Origin: Clostridia bacterium
GTDB lineage: Bacteria > Bacillota > Clostridia > Christensenellales > DTU072
Length of the DNA stretch: 64,000 nucleotides
Assembly: GCA_035381305.1 (NCBI GenBank)
Contig: DAOSYK010000001.1
Coordinates: forward strand, 47,218 to 111,217
Reading direction: 5' to 3'
This document shows, piece after piece, positions 28,782 to 37,244 of the stretch. Below the pieces are notes generated by a model. It was not told the DNA's origin. It made no database searches and saw only the letters and a program-made list of their open reading frames with translations. The first letter of the stretch is position 1; each line of letters starts with the position of its first letter. A program made the translations under genes and the position numbers.

Positions 28782-30077
28782 ATGTACGAATACAAAATGA
28801 AGCTCACTGATGAGCAAAAGGCCATACTGGAAGGCAAGGAAGGCGAGGTAAAAGCCAAGATAATGGAGACTCTGGTGATGTTTGGCGACATATTCGGCGC
28901 CGAAAAGCTCGTCAAAGTCACCCACGACGACGGACACCTCGTTACTAGCTTCGGCATAGGTCTTATGAAGCCGATGTTTTCCATCATGGACCAGCTTATC
29001 GAGGCCGGGGTAAAGACCAAAGGCAGATTTACCGTCGATCCGCGCCCCATGGATTTCAAAAACGTAAAGTGCAACCTGCTCGAGAAACTTGTGTTTGAAA
29101 AAATCATGTACTCCCAGCAGGAGAGATACGAAAATCAGCTCAAAGCCGTAGGCTTGAAGGACGAAAACGCTTTTACCTGCACCTGCTATCTTCCCGAAGT
29201 GGGCAACACGCCCAAAGAGGGAGATGTACTGAGCTGGGCGGAGAGCAGCGCGGTCAATTTCGCAAACTCGGTGCTCGGCGCAAGGTGCAACCGCAACAGC
29301 GGCGTGCTCGACCTTTTCGGCTCGATAATCGGATACGTGCCGTACTTCGGACTTCTGACCGACGAAGGCAGAAGGGCGACATGGAAAGTAGTCGTCAAAA
29401 CGTCCAGACTCCCCGAAGCCCAGGTTCTCGGCAGCGCGATAGGAATTAAGGTCATGGAAGACGTGCCTTATGTAATGGGTCTTGACAAGTTCCTCGGAGA
29501 GGAAATGACGCCCGACGTTGTTTCCTACCTCAAGGATTTCGGCGCGGCGACGGCGAGCAACGGCGCGGTGGGACTCTATCACATCGACAAGCTGACGCCC
29601 GAGGCCAAAAAGCAGGGCGAGGCGCTCATTGCCGAAAACGCGAAAGAGTACATAATCGACGACGCCGAACTCGAAAGGGTGTACAACAGCTATCCGGTCA
29701 TGTGGAAAGACAAGGACGCCAAACCCAAGCTCTGTTTCATCGGCTGTCCCCACCTAACCATTGACCAGCTCAATTCCTGGACCGACAAGATCAAAAAAGG
29801 TCTTGCCGAAACAGGCCGCAAGAAAGTGGCGGTAAGGACGGTAATGACGTCCAGCCCCGATGTAGTGGCGAAGTTTAAAAAGACGGAAAACTACAACACC
29901 CTTATTTCGATGGGCGTCAAGCTGACAAGCATCTGTCCCCTAATGTATACCAACAATCCGCTGACCAAGTCCAAGGCGATAATGACCAACAGCAATAAGC
30001 TGAGGACCTATTCGGTGGCGAGGTATTACAAGGATGACAAGATCCTCGATATCCTTACGGGAAAGGAGGGCAAATAA
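28782..30077 (+). CDS. Aconitase X catalytic (large) subunit, DUF521
   Basis: 431 aa. The N-terminus MKLTDEQKAILEGKEGEVKAKIMETLVMFGDIFGAEKLVKVTHDDGHLV matches the DUF521 pattern. Followed by its DUF126 partner. Confidence 0.75.
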   Translation: MYEYKMKLTDEQKAILEGKEGEVKAKIMETLVMFGDIFGAEKLVKVTHDDGHLVTSFGIGLMKPMFSIMDQLIEAGVKTKGRFTVDPRPMDFKNVKCNLLEKLVFEKIMYSQQERYENQLKAVGLKDENAFTCTCYLPEVGNTPKEGDVLSWAESSAVNFANSVLGARCNRNSGVLDLFGSIIGYVPYFGLLTDEGRRATWKVVVKTSRLPEAQVLGSAIGIKVMEDVPYVMGLDKFLGEEMTPDVVSYLKDFGAATASNGAVGLYHIDKLTPEAKKQGEALIAENAKEYIIDDAELERVYNSYPVMWKDKDAKPKLCFIGCPHLTIDQLNSWTDKIKKGLAETGRKKVAVRTVMTSSPDVVAKFKKTENYNTLISMGVKLTSICPLMYTNNPLTKSKAIMTNSNKLRTYSVARYYKDDKILDILTGKEGK

Positions 30078-30521
30078 ATGAAAACCTTTAAAGGCAGGGT
30101 TCTCGCAAAAGGAAACTGGGAAGGAGAAGCGGTGGTAAGCAGACAGGGCGTAAACACCCTGGCGACATTCCAGAAGAGCGCGCTTAGCAACGCAAAGGAA
30201 GTCATCGCCGCCGACCAGAACAATCCCGACTTATTCGGAAAAAACATCACCGGCAAGGCGCTTTGCCTGCCCATTACGATAGGCTCGACGACGGGCGGAC
30301 TGATAATACAGACGGTCTGCTCAATGCAGATAAACCCCGCCGCGTTTTTGTTCAGCGAGCATATCGACAGCCTGGCGGCAAGCGGAATAGTGCTTGCCAA
30401 GGTGTGGGAGAACAGCAACGTCATTGCGATTGACAAGCTGGGAGCCGAATTCCTTGAGGCCGTCAAAACGGGCGACAGGATACGGATAGACGAGGACGGA
30501 ACGGTAACCATTCCGGACTAA
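30078..30521 (+). CDS. Aconitase X swivel (small) subunit, DUF126
   Basis: 147 aa. GRVLAKGNWEGEAVVS...GKALCLPITIGSTTGG...NPAAFLFSEHIDSLAASGIVLA. The start abuts the stop of the large subunit (TAAATG). Confidence 0.75.
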   Translation: MKTFKGRVLAKGNWEGEAVVSRQGVNTLATFQKSALSNAKEVIAADQNNPDLFGKNITGKALCLPITIGSTTGGLIIQTVCSMQINPAAFLFSEHIDSLAASGIVLAKVWENSNVIAIDKLGAEFLEAVKTGDRIRIDEDGTVTIPD

Positions 30522-30537
30522 GTAAGAAATAACGCCG

Positions 30538-30570
30538 AAAAAGCCGAAACTTTGCCAAGTTTCGGCTTTT
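30538..30570 (+). terminator. Rho-independent terminator after AcnX small subunit
   Basis: AGCCGAAACT (30542-30551) / AGTTTCGGCT (30558-30567), then TTTT. Confidence 0.8.
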
Positions 30571-30617
30571 CTGTCGGTTAGAAGTCTTTTCACATCTTTT
30601 ATATTGGGGTTTTACTG

Positions 30618-30647
30618 TTGACCTCGTATTGAGCGTTAGTGTATAAT
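30618..30647 (+). promoter_or_regulatory. Sigma-A type promoter abutting the ispE start codon
   Basis: TTGACC (30618-30623), 18-nt spacer, TATAAT (30642-30647). ATGs at 30650 and 30656. Confidence 0.55.
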
Positions 30648-30649
30648 GT

Positions 30650-31468
30650 ATGTATATGAATACTCAAAGTGTCAGCCTCAGAGCGTATGCCAAAATCAAC
30701 CTTGTGCTCAACATCGAAGGAACGTCTGACGGCTTGCACCTGATCGACACCGTAGTGACTCCGTTTAATATTTTTGACGAAGTCAATATGGAAAAAAGAG
30801 GGGACGGGGAAATAAGGGTCAGATATACCAATGGTCCTCCCATCGAAAACGACACCGCGCGGAAAATGGCCGAAATAATACGTCAAGAGTATAAAACGGG
30901 CGGCGTCGACATAGAAATAACAAAGAAAATCCCCATGAAAGCGGGAGTGGGCGGTTCAAGCGCCGACGCAGGGGCCGTGGCAAGAGGAATGCAAGTTTTG
31001 TTTTCTCTTGACGAAATCCCCGCACATCTTCTGCTCAAGGTGGGAAGCGACGTTCCGTATATGTACAGGGGCGGAGACAAGAGGATAAGAGGCAAGGGCG
31101 AAATCGTCGAAAACGTCGTTTTGCCCAATACCTATAAAGTGCTCATAGTCGCCGAAGGGGGCGTTGATACCCGAAAGTGCTTTGAGCTGTATGATATCCT
31201 CGGGGGAGAAAACGCGGATATCGGCAAATTCCTTATCGAAATCAATGAAAACCGCGCAAATTTTTCAAACGCGCTGCAAAGAGCGGGCGAAGAATTGAAC
31301 GAAAATATATCGGGGGCAATAACTCTGCTAAAGGAATGCGGCTTTCAGCCTTGTATGACAGGGAGCGGAAGCGGCGTTTTCGGCATAGAGTACGATAAAA
31401 CGGAATTTGAGAACAAACTGAAGAAACTTATTAAAAAACAGCCAAAATCGCAGTTTTTTATAAGCTAA
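30650..31468 (+). CDS. ispE: 4-diphosphocytidyl-2-C-methyl-D-erythritol kinase
   Basis: LRAYAKINLVLNI..DGLHLIDTVV. KKIPMKAGVGGSSADAGAV. GSDVPY. MTGSGSGVFG. The true start is probably ATG 30656 (leaderless candidate). Confidence 0.85.
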   Translation: MYMNTQSVSLRAYAKINLVLNIEGTSDGLHLIDTVVTPFNIFDEVNMEKRGDGEIRVRYTNGPPIENDTARKMAEIIRQEYKTGGVDIEITKKIPMKAGVGGSSADAGAVARGMQVLFSLDEIPAHLLLKVGSDVPYMYRGGDKRIRGKGEIVENVVLPNTYKVLIVAEGGVDTRKCFELYDILGGENADIGKFLIEINENRANFSNALQRAGEELNENISGAITLLKECGFQPCMTGSGSGVFGIEYDKTEFENKLKKLIKKQPKSQFFIS

Positions 31469-31480
31469 AGGAGTAAGGGA

Positions 31481-33361
31481 ATGGCGAGAAACACATCTGA
31501 TTACCCTATTTACCTGTTTAATGAGGGAACAAATTATGAGGCCTATGACTTTTTCAGCCCCGCCTATGTGGTAAAGGACGGAAAAAGGGTTTGGCGGTTC
31601 AGGGTATGGGCGCCCAACGCGCTCAGCGTATCTATTGTGGGTGACTTCAACAATTGGGACAAGGAAGCCAACCCCATGCAGAAGATATCGGCGTCCGGCG
31701 TTTGGGAAGGCTATGTCAAGGGTGCAAAGAGGTACGACGTCTATAAGTACTGCATCGAGTGCCACGACCACCAGATAAGGTATAAATCCGACCCCTATGC
31801 CACGCATACCGAAACAGCCCCCGCAAACGGCTCCAAATTATACGACATTTCGGGCTACAAATGGCATGACGCCGAGTATATGGAAAGCAGAAAGGGCAAA
31901 AACCATTACCAGCAGCCCATGAACATATACGAAATACATTTCGGCTCCTGGCGCGTCCACGACGACGGTAATTTCTATTCCTACCGCGACCTTGCCATAA
32001 GCCTTGTCACATACCTTAAGGAAATGGGCTACACCCACGTGGAAATCCTGCCCCTTACCGAGCATCCCTTTGACGGAAGCTGGGGCTATCAGGCAACGGG
32101 GCTTTTTGCTCCCACTTCGAGATACGGCCCCCCCCACGATTTTATGTTTTTCGTCGACAAATGCCACGAAATGGGCATCGGCGTAATTATGGACTTTGTC
32201 GTCAGCCATTTTCCCAAAGACGCTTACGGACTTTACGAATTCGACGGCACCTGCCTTTACGAATACAACGATTGCTACAAGCAGGAGCACAAAGGCTGGG
32301 GTACAAGGGTGTTTGACTACAATAAGCCCCAGGTAAGAAGCTTTTTGATAAGCGCAGTCGACTTCTGGATGCAGTATTACCATATCGACGGGATGAGGCT
32401 TGACGCTGTGGCAAGCATGCTGTACCTTAACTATGACAGAACCGACAGCGAATGGCGTCCCAACGAGTTTGGCGGAGAGTACAACCTCGAAGCGATATAC
32501 TTCTTGCAGACCCTTAACAAGACCATATTGACGCGTCACCCCGACGCGATTATGATTGCCGAAGAGAGCACGGCGTTCCCCATGGTCACCATGCCTCCCG
32601 ATATCGGCGGACTGGGCTTTAACTACAAGTGGAACATGGGCTGGATGAACGACACCCTGAGCTACATAAAAATCGACCCGTTCTTCCGCAAGGGCAGCCA
32701 CGACAAACTGACATTTGGCATAACTTACGCCTTTAACGAAAACTACATTCTGCCTTTCAGCCATGACGAAGTCGTGCACGGCAAAGCCAGCATGATAGGC
32801 AAAATACCGGGAAGCTACGAGGAGAAATTCGGCGGGCTAAAGACCGTATTAAGCTATCAAATGGCGCACCCCGGCAAAAAGCTCAACTTTATGGGCAACG
32901 AATTCGGCCAGTTTATCGAGTGGGATTACCGCAAACAGCTTGACTGGCTGCTCCTCGACTATCCCAGCCACAGACTTTTACGCAATTACGTCAAGGACCT
33001 CAACTCCTTCTATATCAACAATAAGCCGATGTACGAACTTGACTCCTCATACGAAGGTTTCAAGTGGATTGTCGTGGACGACAGAGTACAGAATATCATT
33101 GTATTCAGCCGTTTCGACAAGGAGAAAAACGAGGTTATCTGCATTATGAACTTCTCCCCGCAGACCCGTGAAAGTTACGAGTTCGGCGTGGACGAGGAAG
33201 GCGAGTATATGGAAGTGCTAAATTCCGACTGCACTAAGTACGGCGGCACCACCGAGTATGGACTGAAGTACAAGACGGTTAAGAAACACAGCCATAACCG
33301 CGATTACACATTAAGTATGACAATCAAAGGAAATTCTGCCATTTTTCTTAAAAAAGTATAA
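31481..33361 (+). CDS. glgB: 1,4-alpha-glucan branching enzyme
   Basis: 626 aa. GH13 motifs DFVVSHF, DGMRLDAVASMLY, IAEEST and FSHDEVVHGK. Confidence 0.95.
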   Translation: MARNTSDYPIYLFNEGTNYEAYDFFSPAYVVKDGKRVWRFRVWAPNALSVSIVGDFNNWDKEANPMQKISASGVWEGYVKGAKRYDVYKYCIECHDHQIRYKSDPYATHTETAPANGSKLYDISGYKWHDAEYMESRKGKNHYQQPMNIYEIHFGSWRVHDDGNFYSYRDLAISLVTYLKEMGYTHVEILPLTEHPFDGSWGYQATGLFAPTSRYGPPHDFMFFVDKCHEMGIGVIMDFVVSHFPKDAYGLYEFDGTCLYEYNDCYKQEHKGWGTRVFDYNKPQVRSFLISAVDFWMQYYHIDGMRLDAVASMLYLNYDRTDSEWRPNEFGGEYNLEAIYFLQTLNKTILTRHPDAIMIAEESTAFPMVTMPPDIGGLGFNYKWNMGWMNDTLSYIKIDPFFRKGSHDKLTFGITYAFNENYILPFSHDEVVHGKASMIGKIPGSYEEKFGGLKTVLSYQMAHPGKKLNFMGNEFGQFIEWDYRKQLDWLLLDYPSHRLLRNYVKDLNSFYINNKPMYELDSSYEGFKWIVVDDRVQNIIVFSRFDKEKNEVICIMNFSPQTRESYEFGVDEEGEYMEVLNSDCTKYGGTTEYGLKYKTVKKHSHNRDYTLSMTIKGNSAIFLKKV

Positions 33362-33376
33362 GGAGAGAGAAAGAAA

Positions 33377-34582
33377 ATGTTAAGCACAAAAAAAGAATGC
33401 GTAGCAATGCTGCTTGCAGGCGGTCAGGGCACACGACTGGGAGTACTTACCCAGGATGTAGCCAAGCCTGCAGTGCCGTTCGGCGGAAAGTACCGCATAA
33501 TCGACTTTCCGTTAAGCAACACCATCAACAGCGGAATCGAAACGATAGGGATTCTGACGCAGTACCAGCCTTTTGAACTCAACCAATACATCGGCAACGG
33601 CCAGCCCTGGGACCTTGACAGGCTCAACGGCGGCGCCTTTGTTCTTCCCCCTTACCAGAGAGGCAAGGTGGGCGAGTGGTATAAGGGCACAGCCAACGCC
33701 ATATACCAGAACATCAACTTCATCGACAGATATAATCCCGATTACGTTCTCATCCTGAGCGGCGACCACATTTACAAGATGGACTACAGCGAAATGCTGG
33801 ATGCGCACAAGGCCAACAATGCCGACTGCACCATCTCTGTGCTTAACGTAAGATTGGAAGAGGCTTCCCGCTTCGGAATCATGAACACCTACGACAACAA
33901 CGAGATTTTCGAATTCGAGGAAAAGCCCAAGAAGCCCAAGTCGACCAAGGCCAGCATGGGAATTTACATATTCACATGGGAAAAGCTGCGCGACTACCTC
34001 ATCAGAGACGAGGAAAACAAGGATAGTAGCAATGACTTCGGCAAGAACATCATACCTATGATGCTAAAAGACAAGCAGAGAATGTTTGCCTTCGAGTTCA
34101 AGGGCTACTGGAAGGACGTAGGGACCATTTCCAGCCTTTGGGAAGCCAACATGGACCTTCTTAACACAGGCAGCGGAATAAACCTCAACGACCGCAACTG
34201 GAAGATTTACGCGCGTAATACCGCCGAGCCTCCGCAGTTTGTGGGCGAAAACGGCGTCATCAGCAACTCTATCGTCAGCGAAGGCTGCGACATTGACGGA
34301 AAAGTAACTAATTCGATAATTTCTCACGGCTGCACGATCGCAAAAGGCGCAGAAATAAGAGACAGCATAATAATGCCCAACTCGACTATCGGAGCCAACG
34401 CGCGCATCTGCCATGCCATGGTGGGGTGGAGCTCGACAATCGGCGAGAACTGCGTAATAGGCGCACCGCAAGTCGCTCCCGTAAACGGCGAATGGAATAT
34501 TGCCGTAGTAGGGCCCGAAATGGATCTGCCCAAAAACAGCGTTGTCAAAGAGGGCGAAATGATAGGAGGTAACAAACAATGA
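33377..34582 (+). CDS. glgC: Glucose-1-phosphate adenylyltransferase
   Basis: [14 protein letters not shown]...[18 protein letters not shown]...WYKGTANA. C-terminal left-handed beta-helix. Confidence 0.95.
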   Translation: MLSTKKECVAMLLAGGQGTRLGVLTQDVAKPAVPFGGKYRIIDFPLSNTINSGIETIGILTQYQPFELNQYIGNGQPWDLDRLNGGAFVLPPYQRGKVGEWYKGTANAIYQNINFIDRYNPDYVLILSGDHIYKMDYSEMLDAHKANNADCTISVLNVRLEEASRFGIMNTYDNNEIFEFEEKPKKPKSTKASMGIYIFTWEKLRDYLIRDEENKDSSNDFGKNIIPMMLKDKQRMFAFEFKGYWKDVGTISSLWEANMDLLNTGSGINLNDRNWKIYARNTAEPPQFVGENGVISNSIVSEGCDIDGKVTNSIISHGCTIAKGAEIRDSIIMPNSTIGANARICHAMVGWSSTIGENCVIGAPQVAPVNGEWNIAVVGPEMDLPKNSVVKEGEMIGGNKQ

Positions 34583-35694
34583 ACGATATGATGAGCGTAT
34601 TATTCGCGTCGGGCAGCGAGAGCAAATTAAACGAGCTTACCCTGCACAGAACCACGGCAAGTCTTCCCTTTGGCGGCAGATACCGTCTCATAGACTTTAC
34701 GTTGAGCAATCTTGTTAACTCCGGAATCACCCAGATAGGTATCGTGACAAGAAGCAACTATCAGTCTCTTATGGACCATATCAGACAGGGCAGAGACTGG
34801 GACCTCAACAGGAAAAACGGCGGTATAAGCGTATTTCCGCCCTTTGTTTACAACTCCTCGAGAGAAGTATATAAAGGCAAAATCGAAGCGCTTTACAGTA
34901 TCATGGACTTCCTCACAAAGTCGAGAGAGGACTATGTGCTGATAAGCAACTGTAACGTCGCCGCAAACATCGACTTTGACGAGATGTACGAAAAGCACCT
35001 CAAGTCTGGCGCCGTACTTTCCATGCTTTACTACAAAAACTACACGACCACATCGAGGCGCATAGTCATCAACGTCGGCGAAAACGACGCGGTTACCGAT
35101 ATATACGAGACCGAGTTTGCCGGCAGCGACGAGAATATGATAAGCCTTAACATCTATCTTATCAGGAAAGACATCCTCATCGGCCTTGTACAGAAGGCAT
35201 ACGCAAGAGGTCTTGTCGACTTTGAAAAGGATATCCTCTTCAAGCTCGTGCAGGAAGGCAAGGTTTGCGCGTTCGAGGCCGGCGGATACGCCGCGATAGT
35301 CGACGACGTCAAATCCTATTACGCCGAGAGTATGAACCTTCTTAAGTCCGAAGTAAGGCGTGATCTCTTCAAGGGCGCGGAGAGCAAGATTTACACCAAA
35401 GTTAAAGACAGCGTGCCCACCGTCTACAAGGACAATGCGAAGATCACCAACTCCCTCATAGCCGACGGCTGCATAATCAACGGACTTGTGGAAAACTCCA
35501 TACTCTTCCGTAAGGTCAAGATTGAGGAAGGCGCGGTGGTCAAAAACTCCATTGTAATGGAAAACGGCATCGTGGGCAAAAACAGCAGTTTGCAGTATGC
35601 CATAACCGACAAGGACGTCACGATTACCGAGGGACGCAACATAAGCGGATTTATCACCTATCCCATCGTGATAGTCAAGGGAAAGAAAGTGTAA
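34579..35694 (+). CDS. glgD: Glucose-1-phosphate adenylyltransferase regulatory subunit GlgD
   Basis: Paralogue of GlgC lacking the GGxGxR loop ([13 protein letters not shown]). ATGA overlap with glgC. This is the Firmicute glgC-glgD arrangement. Confidence 0.9.
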   Translation: MNDMMSVLFASGSESKLNELTLHRTTASLPFGGRYRLIDFTLSNLVNSGITQIGIVTRSNYQSLMDHIRQGRDWDLNRKNGGISVFPPFVYNSSREVYKGKIEALYSIMDFLTKSREDYVLISNCNVAANIDFDEMYEKHLKSGAVLSMLYYKNYTTTSRRIVINVGENDAVTDIYETEFAGSDENMISLNIYLIRKDILIGLVQKAYARGLVDFEKDILFKLVQEGKVCAFEAGGYAAIVDDVKSYYAESMNLLKSEVRRDLFKGAESKIYTKVKDSVPTVYKDNAKITNSLIADGCIINGLVENSILFRKVKIEEGAVVKNSIVMENGIVGKNSSLQYAITDKDVTITEGRNISGFITYPIVIVKGKKV

Positions 35695-35801
35695 TAAGTA
35701 ATAAAACTTTGTACATTTTTCAACAAGATAGTCGTAATTTTGAGTTCTTTGATCTGATAGAATAAATTAGCTTTTACTATCGGATTATTAAGGAGGTTGT
35801 T

Positions 35802-37223
35802 ATGAAAATTTTATTTGCCACAAGCGAAGCCGGTCCTTTTCTGAGAACCGGAGGCTTAGGCGACGTGAGCGCGGCTCTTCCGCTTGCTCTCAACAAGCAG
35901 AAACAGGACGTCAGGATAATCATGCCCCTTTATGACGCCATAAAGGACACCTATCGTCAGACCATGCGCTTTCTCGGAAGCACTACGGTGACGCTGGGCT
36001 GGAGACAGCAGTACGCGGGCGTTTTCTCCTGCGAGTACAACGATGTCACATACTACTTTATTGACAACGAGTACTACTTCAAGAGATTCGGCGTGTACGG
36101 GCACTATGACGACGGAGAAAGGTTCTCATTCTTCTCCCGCGCGGTGCTTGAGATACTGCCGATAATCGACTTTTATCCCGACGTTATCCACTGCAACGAC
36201 TGGCAGACCGGTCTAATACCCGTTATGCTCGACTGCTTCTACCGTGAAACCGACGGCTACCGTACCATAAAGACCGTCATGACCATTCACAATATAGAAT
36301 TCCAGGGCAGTATGGACAAGGTGTGCATTTCCGACGTGTTCGGAATACCAGAGAGTCACAGAAGCATTGTGGAATACGGCAACAGCGCCAATATGCTCAA
36401 AGCAGGCATCGAGGCGGCAAACGTCGTAACCACGGTGTCTAAGACTTACGCGCATGAGATTCTCAATCCGTTTTACGCATACGGACTTGAAGGCATTCTC
36501 ACCAAGAGAAGCTACAAGATAAGCGGCATAGTAAACGGAATTGACACAAATCTCTACAATCCGTTAAAAGACCCCGCGCTCTTTTGCAATTTCTCTGCCA
36601 AGACGGTCTTTGAAAAGAAACCGCCCAACAAGCATGGATTGCAGGAAATGGTCAACCTTCCCGTCGCCGACAAGCCCCTTATCGGCATGGTGACCCGCCT
36701 TACCAACCAGAAAGGTCTCGACCTTATTATGGAAGTGCTTGAGGAAATCCTCAACATGGATCTCCAGATGGTGGTACTCGGCACGGGCGACTGGAAGTAT
36801 GAAGTCGCGTTGCAGGAGATGTCAAAACGCTATTCCAACAAGCTCGCCGTCATCATAAACTTCAGCAAGGACATCGCGAGCAAGATTTACGGCGGAAGCG
36901 ACATGTTCCTCATGCCCAGCAAGTTTGAGCCCTGCGGACTCAGCCAGATAATCGCAATGAGGTACGGAAGCGTGCCTATAGTGAGAGAAACCGGCGGTCT
37001 TAAGGACACCGTGCCCGCGTTCAATCCCGTCGAGGGCACAGGCACAGGTTTTACCTTCAAGACCTACAACGCTTACGACATGCTCGACGCCATAAGACGT
37101 GCGGTCGGGACATACCACAACAAGGAAGAATGGAACAAACTCGTCACAAACGCCATGGGCGGCGACTACAGCTGGAAAGTCAGCGCCAAAGAATATATCG
37201 ATTTATACAAAAGCATAATCTGA
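35802..37223 (+). CDS. glgA: Glycogen synthase (ADP-glucose type, GT5)
   Basis: KILFATSEAGPFLRTGGLGDV N-terminus. PSKFEPCGLSQI motif. 473 aa. Confidence 0.95.
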   Translation: MKILFATSEAGPFLRTGGLGDVSAALPLALNKQKQDVRIIMPLYDAIKDTYRQTMRFLGSTTVTLGWRQQYAGVFSCEYNDVTYYFIDNEYYFKRFGVYGHYDDGERFSFFSRAVLEILPIIDFYPDVIHCNDWQTGLIPVMLDCFYRETDGYRTIKTVMTIHNIEFQGSMDKVCISDVFGIPESHRSIVEYGNSANMLKAGIEAANVVTTVSKTYAHEILNPFYAYGLEGILTKRSYKISGIVNGIDTNLYNPLKDPALFCNFSAKTVFEKKPPNKHGLQEMVNLPVADKPLIGMVTRLTNQKGLDLIMEVLEEILNMDLQMVVLGTGDWKYEVALQEMSKRYSNKLAVIINFSKDIASKIYGGSDMFLMPSKFEPCGLSQIIAMRYGSVPIVRETGGLKDTVPAFNPVEGTGTGFTFKTYNAYDMLDAIRRAVGTYHNKEEWNKLVTNAMGGDYSWKVSAKEYIDLYKSII

Positions 37224-37244
37224 CGCTAAACCAAGGAGAAAAAT

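Noticed and set aside
27332-29107. 591-aa ORF on the minus strand. Many other long antisense ORFs exist, including 18964-20226, 20375-21427, 53474-54694, 59211-60392, 62389-63390, 38133-38897 and 31838-32779.
   Set aside because: All lie antisense to genes with unmistakable conserved products (EF-G, EF-Tu, PotA, GlgP and others). Their translations are low-complexity and rich in Arg, Gly, Val and His, with no SD or family motifs. This is the expected by-product of codon bias on the sense strand.
35695-35801. Internal promoter or operator in the 107-nt glgD-glgA gap.
   Set aside because: Only weak hexamers (TTGAGT-17-TAAATT) and a 5-bp inverted repeat are present. This is not distinguishable from chance in AT-rich spacer.
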